Assembly (NCBI GenBank): GCA_045580085.1
Contig: JAZNND010000014.1
Span: 9,498 to 73,497, forward strand
Length of the DNA: 64,000 nt
From: Eubacteriales bacterium
GTDB taxonomy: Bacteria > Bacillota > Clostridia > Oscillospirales > CAG-272
Reading direction: 5' to 3'
The position numbers and the translations under genes are program-made. Shown here one piece after another: positions 38,536 to 46,418 of the stretch; positions within the stretch are counted from its first letter, which is position 1, and each line of letters opens with the position of its first letter. Under the pieces are notes generated by a model, which had not been told where the DNA came from, searched no databases, and was given only the letters and a program-made list of their open reading frames with translations.

Positions 38536-39936
38536 ATGCAGAACATTCATATCACAGATACCACGCTTCCCAAGAGAGAAGAGAGTGGAAACGCCGCCTA
38601 CAGCTTCCGCGAGAAGATTGAAATCGCGAAAACGCTTGACCGTATCGGTGTTTCGGTTATTGAAATGCCCCCCTTTACGGGCAGCCGTGCCGACATCCTT
38701 CTTTTGCACACGGTGCTTCCTGTGGTAAAAAACGCTGTTCTTTCCTGCCGTCCCGCTTTGAATGAAAGCTCTGTTGCCGCTGTGTGCGATGCCATGAAGG
38801 GCTATAAGAACGCTCGCGTTCATATCGCGGTGCCGACCTCTCCCGTACAGATGGAATATCATTGCCATAAGAAGCCCAAGCCCTTGATGGAGCTTGTGGA
38901 AAAGCTGATCCAAACCGCTATGTCTGCCGGTTTTGAGGTAGAGTTTTCGGCACTCGATGCTACCCGCGCCGAAAAGGAATTTCTCTACGAAGTGCTCTCG
39001 CTTGCCGTCAAGGCGGGCGTGAAATACATCACCCTTTGCGATAGCGAGGGAATCATGCTCCCCGATGAATTTGCCGCTTTTGTTTCCGATGTGAAGAAAA
39101 ACGTGGCACTCGCTGATTGCGAGATCGGCGTGGAATGCTCCGATTTTCTGCATATGGGCTGTGCGCTCGCCGTTGCCGCCATCGGCGCGGGGGCTGTGAC
39201 GGTGAAGACCGCTGTCGGTGTGGATGGAACTACCCCCCTGCCTGCGTTTGCTTCCGTTTTGAAGATGAGAGGGGATTCTCTTGGCATCACCTCGTCGCTG
39301 AACGGTGCAAGCCTTGGCAAAACCGCCGCCAAGATCACTGCCATGACCAACGCTTCGCAAGCTGGAAAAGCGGCGATCGGCGAAAATGACGCCGCAAGCC
39401 TCGTGCTTCGCAACACCGATGATGAAAAGACGGTTGCTTCCGCGGTAGCCGCCCTCGGATACGATCTTTCCGAGGAGGATATGCACAAGGTTTACGAGAG
39501 CTTCAAACGTCTGTCCGAAAAGAAAACCATAAGCGGTGCCGAGCTTGATGTTATCGTAGCCAGCAGCGCGCTTGAGGTTGCTCCTACTTTTGTCTTGAAG
39601 AGCTATTCCGTGACGTCGAGCAACGTTATTTCCGCATCGGCTCATATCGAGCTTGAAAAAGACGGCGCGCTCCTTCGCGGTATCAGCCTTGGTGACGGCC
39701 CCGTTGACGCCGCCTTCCGTGCGATTGAACAAATCGTGGGCCACCGTTTTGAGCTTGACGATTTCGGCATTCGTGCATTGACCGAAGGGCAAGAGGCTGT
39801 CAGTGAGACGGTTGTCCGTCTGCGTGCGGGCGGCAAGATCTATTCCGGCAGAGGCGTTTCCACCGACATCATCGGTTCGAGTGTCCGCGCCTATATCAGT
39901 GCCCTCAATAAGATCTGCTTTGAAGAAATGCTTTGA
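38536..39936 (+). CDS. LeuA (2-isopropylmalate synthase)-like protein with a degenerate active site and retained C-terminal regulatory domain
   Basis: DTTLPKREE replaces DTTLRDGEQ, ECSD replaces HCHND, and GERAGN is absent. 'GDGPVDAAFRAI...GRGVSTDIIGSSVRAYISALNK' is intact. Confidence 0.85.
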   Translation: MQNIHITDTTLPKREESGNAAYSFREKIEIAKTLDRIGVSVIEMPPFTGSRADILLLHTVLPVVKNAVLSCRPALNESSVAAVCDAMKGYKNARVHIAVPTSPVQMEYHCHKKPKPLMELVEKLIQTAMSAGFEVEFSALDATRAEKEFLYEVLSLAVKAGVKYITLCDSEGIMLPDEFAAFVSDVKKNVALADCEIGVECSDFLHMGCALAVAAIGAGAVTVKTAVGVDGTTPLPAFASVLKMRGDSLGITSSLNGASLGKTAAKITAMTNASQAGKAAIGENDAASLVLRNTDDEKTVASAVAALGYDLSEEDMHKVYESFKRLSEKKTISGAELDVIVASSALEVAPTFVLKSYSVTSSNVISASAHIELEKDGALLRGISLGDGPVDAAFRAIEQIVGHRFELDDFGIRALTEGQEAVSETVVRLRAGGKIYSGRGVSTDIIGSSVRAYISALNKICFEEML

Positions 39937-39962
39937 TCGTAAAGCAGAAAAGGAGAAACAGC

Positions 39963-42440
39963 ATGAAATTATCATTTTCCACCAACCGTTGGAAGGACAC
40001 CACCATGTCGGAATTCTTCGCCATGGCGAAGGAATACCGTTTTTCCGGCGTTGAAATTCACAGCATAGAGGACTTTGGAGAAAAGGAATGCTCCGCCTTG
40101 TATCATGAGGCGATGGCACTGAACCTTTCCATTGCCTGCCTTGATATGGGTGCCGATATCGGTGCCGCCGATGATACCGCCGCGAAGGAAGAGCTTTCGG
40201 CTTGCATTGCCGCCGCGCACAGATTGCATACCCCATACCTTCGTTTGCGTGCAGGCAAGGGCGAAGGCGCAGTAGAGAACAGCGAAAAATTCCTCACATA
40301 CGCCTTGGAAGAGGCACACAAAGCCGATCTTGTGCTTCTTATTGAGACGGTTGGCGCGTATGCCGATACGGGCGTTCTTGCGAATACGCTTCGCCGTTTT
40401 GCGGATGACTCTTTGGGTGCGCTTTGGGATGTTTACTATCCCTATACCGAAGCGGGTGAGAGTGCCGAAAAAACCATCCAGAACCTCGGTGCTGCCGTGA
40501 AGCACGTTCATATGAAGGATGCGGACGGCATGGATGAATTCCGCCCCGTGGGGGAAGGAAAGATGCCCCTTGCGGATTTTATGAACGCATTACGCTCTGT
40601 CAATTACGACGGATTTATTTCCGCCGAGTGGGATCCCGATTGGATGGAGGAGCTTGCGGATGCTTCTATCATCTTCCCTCATTTTGTAACCTACATGTCG
40701 CGGTATAAGGATCCTTCTCGCAATGTTGTGTCGCTGTATGAAAACAAGGCGAAAACGGGTAAGTTCGTTTGGAAAAAAGAAACGCTGATCGAAAAGACCT
40801 TCGGTCAGGTGCTTGATACCATGGTGGAGCTTTTTCCCGATCAATACGCTATCAAGTATACGACGCTTGACTACACGCGTACCTATGCCGAGTTCCGCGA
40901 CGACGTCGATACCTTCGCGCGCGCCCTTGTTTCACTCGGTGTGCGTGCGGGTAGCCATGTTGCACTTTGGGCAACCAACCTTCCCGAGTGGTACATTGCC
41001 TTTTGGGCGACCACCAAGATCGGTGCGGTTCTGGTTACCGTCAATACCGCTTACAAGATTCATGAAGTGGAATATCTTTTGCGTCAATCGGATACCCATA
41101 CGCTGATTCTCGAACAGGGATACCGTGATTCTCATTACGATGAGATTATCGCCGAGCTTTGCCCGGAGTTGGAAAATACCAAGCCGGGCGAACCGCTTCG
41201 TTCGCGCCGCTTGCCTTTCCTTCGCAATGTCATTACCATCGGCTATAAGCAAAAAGGGTGCCTTTCCTTTGATGAGACGGTTGCCCGCGCCGACCGTGTG
41301 CCTCAAGAAGAAGTCAATCGCATGGCGGCTGCGGTGGATATCCACGACGTTTGCAACATGCAATACACCTCCGGCACCACAGGTTTCCCCAAGGGCGTTA
41401 TGCTGACGCATTACAATGTTGTCAACAACGGCAAGTGCATCGGCGACCGTATGGATCTTTCTACCGCCGATCGGCTTATGATTCAAGTGCCTATGTTCCA
41501 CTGCTTCGGCATGGTGCTTGCCATGACCGCCTCCATGACACACGGCGTTACCATCTATCCCTTACCTTACTTCTCTCCGAAGCCTGCGCTCGCTTGCATT
41601 CATAACGAGCACATCACTGCTTTCCACGGTGTTCCTACCATGTTTATTGCTCTCTTGGAACATCCCGATTTCCCCAAGACCGATTTCTCGTATATGCGTA
41701 CGGGTATCATGGCGGGCTCACCTTGCCCTATTTCGGTTATGGAGGACGTTGTCAACAAGATGCACATGTCCGAGATTACCATCGTTTACGGGCAGACCGA
41801 GGCATCTCCCGGATGCACCATGAGTTCGACCGACGATCCGCTTGAGGTGCGTGTCGGTACCGTCGGCAGAAATCTGCCCGAGATCGAGTGCCGCATTGTA
41901 GATCCCGAGACGGGTGAAGAGCTCCCCGACAATGTAACGGGTGAGTTTGTAGCGCGCGGTTATAACATCATGAAGGGATATTATAAGATGCCCGAAGCAA
42001 CCTCTAAGGCAATCGATGCCGAAGGTTGGCTCCACACGGGCGACTTGGCTTGCCGCACCCCCGAAGGCAATTACCGTATTACGGGCCGCTTGAAGGATAT
42101 GATCATCCGCGGCGGCGAGAACATTTATCCCAAGGAGATCGAGGAATTTATTTATACCCATCCGAAGGTCAGCGATGTACAAGTCATCGGTGTGCCCGAC
42201 GAGCAATACGGCGAGGAAATCATGGCTTGCATCATTTTGAAAGAGGGCGAGAGCATGACCGAACAGGAAATGAAGGACTATGTGCTTGCGCATATGGCAA
42301 AGCATAAGGTGCCGAAATATATCGATTTTGTCGATGCCTTCCCGATGAATGCCGCAGGTAAGATTCTTAAGTATAAGATGCGTGAGGATGCCGTAGAAAA
42401 GCTTGGTTTGCATAAAGCTGCCAAGATCGTTACCGCGTAA
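39963..42440 (+). CDS. Acyl-CoA synthetase (ACS1, AMP-binding) with fused N-terminal AP_endonuc_2-type TIM barrel
   Basis: N-terminal 'LLIET', 'LWDVYYP', 'HVHMKD', 'SAEW'. C-terminal 'YTSGTTGFPKG', 'YGQTE', 'WLHTGDLA', 'RLKDMIIRGGENIYP', 'AAGKI'. Confidence 0.9.
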   Translation: MKLSFSTNRWKDTTMSEFFAMAKEYRFSGVEIHSIEDFGEKECSALYHEAMALNLSIACLDMGADIGAADDTAAKEELSACIAAAHRLHTPYLRLRAGKGEGAVENSEKFLTYALEEAHKADLVLLIETVGAYADTGVLANTLRRFADDSLGALWDVYYPYTEAGESAEKTIQNLGAAVKHVHMKDADGMDEFRPVGEGKMPLADFMNALRSVNYDGFISAEWDPDWMEELADASIIFPHFVTYMSRYKDPSRNVVSLYENKAKTGKFVWKKETLIEKTFGQVLDTMVELFPDQYAIKYTTLDYTRTYAEFRDDVDTFARALVSLGVRAGSHVALWATNLPEWYIAFWATTKIGAVLVTVNTAYKIHEVEYLLRQSDTHTLILEQGYRDSHYDEIIAELCPELENTKPGEPLRSRRLPFLRNVITIGYKQKGCLSFDETVARADRVPQEEVNRMAAAVDIHDVCNMQYTSGTTGFPKGVMLTHYNVVNNGKCIGDRMDLSTADRLMIQVPMFHCFGMVLAMTASMTHGVTIYPLPYFSPKPALACIHNEHITAFHGVPTMFIALLEHPDFPKTDFSYMRTGIMAGSPCPISVMEDVVNKMHMSEITIVYGQTEASPGCTMSSTDDPLEVRVGTVGRNLPEIECRIVDPETGEELPDNVTGEFVARGYNIMKGYYKMPEATSKAIDAEGWLHTGDLACRTPEGNYRITGRLKDMIIRGGENIYPKEIEEFIYTHPKVSDVQVIGVPDEQYGEEIMACIILKEGESMTEQEMKDYVLAHMAKHKVPKYIDFVDAFPMNAAGKILKYKMREDAVEKLGLHKAAKIVTA

Positions 42441-42520
42441 ATCCGCGCCCTCCCTTCCGCAAGGAAGGGGGGGAACTCGGTGTACAATTATCCTAAAAAC
42501 AGAAACGAAGAATATAAATT

Positions 42521-43306
42521 ATGATTATCGACGCACATTGCCACATATATCCCGATGCCATTGCTTCGCGCGCCGTGGCGGGGATCGGCAATTTTTATAA
42601 CATGCCGTTGCTTTACGACGGCACATTGGCGACGCTGAACGCCGCCCATGCGGCAAACGGCATCACGCATGCTGTCATTTTTTCGGTGGCGACAAAACCT
42701 TCTCAAACAGCGGGTATCAATCGCTTTATTGCCGAAAACGTGTCGGCTTCGAACGGCCGTTTTGTCGGACTTGGTACACTCCATCCGGACAGTGAAGACA
42801 TTAAGGGAGACATAGAGCACATTTTGGAGCTTGGATTGCGCGGTGTTAAATTGCATCCCGATATTCAACGCTTCAAGATCGATGACTACAGGTGCCTTAA
42901 AATCTATGAGCTCTGCGAGGGGAGACTTCCCGTTCTTTTGCATTGCGGCGACCACCGTTTTGATTTTTCCAATCCCAATCGCTTACGCCCTATCTTGGAG
43001 ATCTTTACCGAACTTCAAGTGATCGGCGCACATTTCGGCGGTTGGTCGGTTTGGAATGAGGCGGAAGATATGCTCAGCGGATTTTCCAATTTTTCGGTGG
43101 ATACCTCTTCTTCCTTCTATGCGCTCACACCCGAAAAAGCAACCGAAATTGTCCGCAAATTCGGTGCGGACCGCGTGATGTTTGCTACCGATTATCCCAT
43201 GTGGGATATCGGGGAAGAACTGGGGAGATTTTATAAGCTTTCTTTAACGGAGGACGAGAGGGAAGCGGTTCTTTGGCGCAACGCTGCCCGCATTTTTGGA
43301 TTTTAA
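42521..43306 (+). CDS. Amidohydrolase family protein (Amidohydro_2)
   Basis: 'IIDAHCH', 'GVKLHP', 'LHCG', 'AHFGG', 'FATDYP'. Confidence 0.88.
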   Translation: MIIDAHCHIYPDAIASRAVAGIGNFYNMPLLYDGTLATLNAAHAANGITHAVIFSVATKPSQTAGINRFIAENVSASNGRFVGLGTLHPDSEDIKGDIEHILELGLRGVKLHPDIQRFKIDDYRCLKIYELCEGRLPVLLHCGDHRFDFSNPNRLRPILEIFTELQVIGAHFGGWSVWNEAEDMLSGFSNFSVDTSSSFYALTPEKATEIVRKFGADRVMFATDYPMWDIGEELGRFYKLSLTEDEREAVLWRNAARIFGF

Positions 43307-43424
43307 AAAGCAAAAATGGAAAGGATTGTTTGCTTTTTTACTCGTGTTTCTCTATGAAACCGTTTGCTTTGCTTTTCGTTTGACCGTAGGGATTATTTCC
43401 TTGCAAAAAAATATTAAAAAACTC

Positions 43425-43453
43425 TTGACAAACGGTTTTTCGAGTGCTATAAT
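43425..43453 (+). promoter_or_regulatory. Consensus sigma-A promoter
   Basis: TTGACA-17 bp-(TGn)TATAAT. Confidence 0.9.
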
Positions 43454-43467
43454 CATGACATAATTGA

Positions 43468-43722
43468 AAAAGGCTATGACGAAGACGGACGAAGACGAGT
43501 GCTTCCAGAGAGTCGGTGGCGGTGTGAATCCGACAGTTACCCCCTTCAGTTCCCATCCCTTCTGAGCCGAAGTCCCCAACGCATCTGCAAGTAGGGCCTT
43601 CCGTATGGCTGCGTAAAAGCACGGAGCTTGTTTGAGCTCGCAGAGAGGCACCTTTGGTGCAATTTGAGTGGTACCGCGGATAATTTATTACCCGTCTCAA
43701 AGAAATTTGAGACGGTTTTTTT
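43468..43722 (+). ncRNA. T-box riboswitch, predicted Ile specifier (AUC at 43555-43557)
   Basis: Stem I K-turn GGCTATGACGAAG...CTTCTGAGCC, CAGAGA and GGTGTGA distal motifs, T-box AATTTGAGTGGTACCGCG (43661-43678), terminator CCGTCTCAAA/TTTGAGACGG followed by T7. Confidence 0.9.
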
Positions 43723-43751
43723 ATTTAAGATTAAGAAAAGGAGAACGCATC

Positions 43752-46016
43752 ATGAAAAACACGGTAAATTCTTTGGCGGAGGTTGCGGCACGTATCCGCG
43801 AGATGCGTGAGATTTTAGGCTTCAGTACCGCAGAAATGGCAGAAAAGACGGAAGTCGAAAAAGAGCTTTACGAGGAATACGAAAAGGGTGAGACCGATCT
43901 TCCTTTTTCCTTTATTCATAAATGCACGTTGGCATTCGGCGTAGACATTGCGGACCTTTTGGAAGGTAACAGCGCAAAGCTTTCTTCCTATACCGTTACG
44001 CGCAAAGGAAAAGGTCAGTTGACAGCCAAGGAAAACGGCATTGAGATTTCCAATATGGCGCCCCGTTTCCGCAACAAGCTTGCCGAACCTTATTGGGTTC
44101 GTTATGAATATTCAGAGGAACTTCAAAACCGCCCCATTCATACCACCACCCACGGCGGTCAGGAGTTTGACCTCGTGATCAGCGGTTCTTTGAAGGTGCA
44201 GATCGGTGAGCATACTGTTGTTTTGGAGGAGGGGGACAGCATTTACTATGAAAGCGGTACTCCCCACGGCATGATCGCTGTCGGCGGCAAGGACTGCGTG
44301 TTCTGCGCTGTCGTTCTTCCCGACGAGGATGTGTCCGATGAAAAAGAGATCGAAAAGTCCATCGTTACTGCAGGGGCTAAGCGTGAGCTTTTGATCAACA
44401 AGTTCATCAAGTGCAAAGAAAACGAAGAGGGTGTTTTGACCGAGATTTCTTTCACGGATGACGATAAATACAATTTCGCCTTTGATACCGTTGACGCTAT
44501 CGCGGATAAATATCCCGATAAGCTTGCGATGCTCCACGTTGCCAACGATAAGTCCGAACGCCGCTTCACATACCGTGACATCAAGCGCGAGTCCAACCGT
44601 TGCGCCAATTATTTAAAGTCTCTCGGCATCGGCAAGGGAGACCGCGTGGTCGTTGTTCTGAAAAGACATTATGAGTTCTGGTTTGCGATTCTCGCGCTTC
44701 ATAAGCTCGGTGCTGTTGCCATCCCCGCAACCAACCAGCTTAAGGCGCATGACTTTGTTTACCGCTTTAAGTCCGCAGGCGTTAAAGCCATCCTTTGCAC
44801 CGCCACCGATAAGACTGCGGAAGAGGTCGATATCGCAGCTGCCGAATGCCCGACGCTTACGGCGAAGATCCTTGTGAACGGCGACCGTGAGGGCTGGCAT
44901 AATTTCGGCGAAGAGTATAAGCTTTACAGTACGCATTTCGAACGCACCGCCGACGCGGCATGCGGAAACGATCCTATGATCATGTTCTTTACCTCGGGTA
45001 CGACCGGTTATCCGAAAATCGCCATGCACAGCTATAAGTATGCCCTCGGTCATTTTCCGACGGCACGCTATTGGCATGACATCCGCCCCGAGGATTTACA
45101 CTTGACCATTTCGGAAACCGGTTGGGGCAAAGCCCTTTGGGGCAAGCTTTACGGACAGTGGATGTGTGAAGGTGCGGTTTTTGTCTACGACTTTGACCGC
45201 TTCAATGCTTCCGATATCCTTCCGATGTTCTCGAAATATCATATCACCACCTTCTGTGCGCCTCCCACCATGTACCGTATGCTCATCAAAGACGATCTTT
45301 CGGGATACGATCTTTCGAGCATTCGCCACGCAACCACCGCGGGCGAGGCACTCAATCCCGAGGTGTTCTATCAGTTTAAAAAGGCGACCGGGTTGACTAT
45401 CATGGAGGGCTTCGGACAGACAGAAACCACCCTCACCATCGGCAATTTGGTCGGCACCACGCCCAAGCCCGGCTCTATGGGTAAAGCGATGCCGCTTTAC
45501 GATATCGATATCGTGGATACCGACGGTAATCCCGTCGGCACGGGTGAAAACGGTGAGATCGTTGTTCGCACCGACAAGCGTGTTCCCCCCGGACTCTTCC
45601 TCGGTTATTACAACGATGAGGAGAAAACGCATGACGCATGGCACGACGGTATGTATCATACGGGCGACGTTGCTTGGAGAGACGAGGACGGCTTCTTCTG
45701 GTATGTCAGCCGCATCGATGACGTCATCAAGTCCTCCGGTTACCGCATCGGTCCGTTTGAGATCGAGAACGTCATCATGGAGCTGCCTTATGTGCTTGAA
45801 TGCGGTGTTTGCGCCGCGCCCGATGAGGTCAGAGGGCAAGTAGTCAAGGCTTGCATTGTGTTGACCAAGGGCACCGAAGGCACCGATGCACTCAAAAAAG
45901 AAATTCAAGAGTATGTAAAAACGCATACGGCACCGTATAAATATCCCCGTATCGTTGAATTCCGTACCGAGCTTCCCAAAACCATCAGCGGTAAAATCCA
46001 ACGCAATAAGCTCTAA
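43752..46016 (+). CDS. XRE-HTH/cupin/medium-chain acyl-CoA synthetase fusion (ACS2)
   Basis: N-terminal 'RIREMRE...EMAEKT', cupin 'THGGQEF...GDSIYY...PHGM', then 'FTSGTTGYPK', 'GFGQTE', 'YHTGD', 'KSSGYRIGPFEIE', 'SGKIQR'. Confidence 0.92.
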   Translation: MKNTVNSLAEVAARIREMREILGFSTAEMAEKTEVEKELYEEYEKGETDLPFSFIHKCTLAFGVDIADLLEGNSAKLSSYTVTRKGKGQLTAKENGIEISNMAPRFRNKLAEPYWVRYEYSEELQNRPIHTTTHGGQEFDLVISGSLKVQIGEHTVVLEEGDSIYYESGTPHGMIAVGGKDCVFCAVVLPDEDVSDEKEIEKSIVTAGAKRELLINKFIKCKENEEGVLTEISFTDDDKYNFAFDTVDAIADKYPDKLAMLHVANDKSERRFTYRDIKRESNRCANYLKSLGIGKGDRVVVVLKRHYEFWFAILALHKLGAVAIPATNQLKAHDFVYRFKSAGVKAILCTATDKTAEEVDIAAAECPTLTAKILVNGDREGWHNFGEEYKLYSTHFERTADAACGNDPMIMFFTSGTTGYPKIAMHSYKYALGHFPTARYWHDIRPEDLHLTISETGWGKALWGKLYGQWMCEGAVFVYDFDRFNASDILPMFSKYHITTFCAPPTMYRMLIKDDLSGYDLSSIRHATTAGEALNPEVFYQFKKATGLTIMEGFGQTETTLTIGNLVGTTPKPGSMGKAMPLYDIDIVDTDGNPVGTGENGEIVVRTDKRVPPGLFLGYYNDEEKTHDAWHDGMYHTGDVAWRDEDGFFWYVSRIDDVIKSSGYRIGPFEIENVIMELPYVLECGVCAAPDEVRGQVVKACIVLTKGTEGTDALKKEIQEYVKTHTAPYKYPRIVEFRTELPKTISGKIQRNKL

Positions 46017-46052
46017 AAAACAAAAAAAGTGTTGTTTTTTTGCGGATTTCTC

Positions 46053-46081
46053 TTGACAAATAAAAAAGATACTGCTATACT
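46053..46081 (+). promoter_or_regulatory. Sigma-A promoter
   Basis: TTGACA-17 bp-(TGn)TATACT. Confidence 0.85.
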
Positions 46082-46101
46082 ATCCATATAAAAGAATAAT
46101 C

Positions 46102-46368
46102 AAAGGCATTGACGAAGAGGATGCTTGGCACAGCTTACAGAGAACCGGCGGTTGGTGTGAGTCGGGAGTGGGTGTCTTGCGGTCGGTAGCTTCCGAGCCG
46201 ATGGGAAGAAAGCGTTTCGCCGTAGAACCCATCCGTGATTGCTGCGTTAAGGCATAGGGCTTAATGGAGTCCGAGAGTGGCACCTATGGTGCAATTTGAG
46301 TGGTACCGCGGGATAAGTTTCTTATACCCGTCTCAAAGTCGTCAGTATCTTTGAGACGGGTTTTCTTG
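46102..46368 (+). ncRNA. T-box riboswitch, predicted Val specifier (GUA at 46186-46188)
   Basis: GGCATTGACGAAG...CTTCCGAGCC, CAGAGA and GGTGTGA motifs, T-box AATTTGAGTGGTACCGCG (46293-46310), terminator CCCGTCTCAAAG/CTTTGAGACGGG followed by T4. Confidence 0.9.
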
Positions 46369-46418
46369 TTCTTTTCCGTCCCGAAGAAACCATCAAAAGC
46401 AGAAAAGGAAAATCTATC

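Noticed and set aside
38536-39936. Calling this gene a functional leuA, or a pseudogene
   Set aside because: Catalytic motifs are missing, so it is unlikely to be active. The frame, RBS and regulatory domain are intact, so it is not evidently decayed either.
38371-40236. 621-aa minus-strand ORF, and similar long antisense ORFs at 24994-26097, 35852-37222, 49585-50706, 51981-53105, 53207-54382, 59504-61075 and 61217-62485
   Set aside because: These are shadow frames opposite well-supported genes with biased codon use, and show no recognisable motifs.
43668-43751. N-terminal extension of ACS2 in the ORF track, and small ORFs over 43338-43810 and 46080-46594
   Set aside because: They overlap the T-box leaders. 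The real starts follow RBS-like sequences at 43752 and 46419.
45723-45769. ~47-bp identity with 48423-48469, suggesting gene conversion
   Set aside because: It falls in the most conserved ACS motif (KSSGYRIGPFEIE) of close paralogs, and conversion cannot be separated from constraint by eye.
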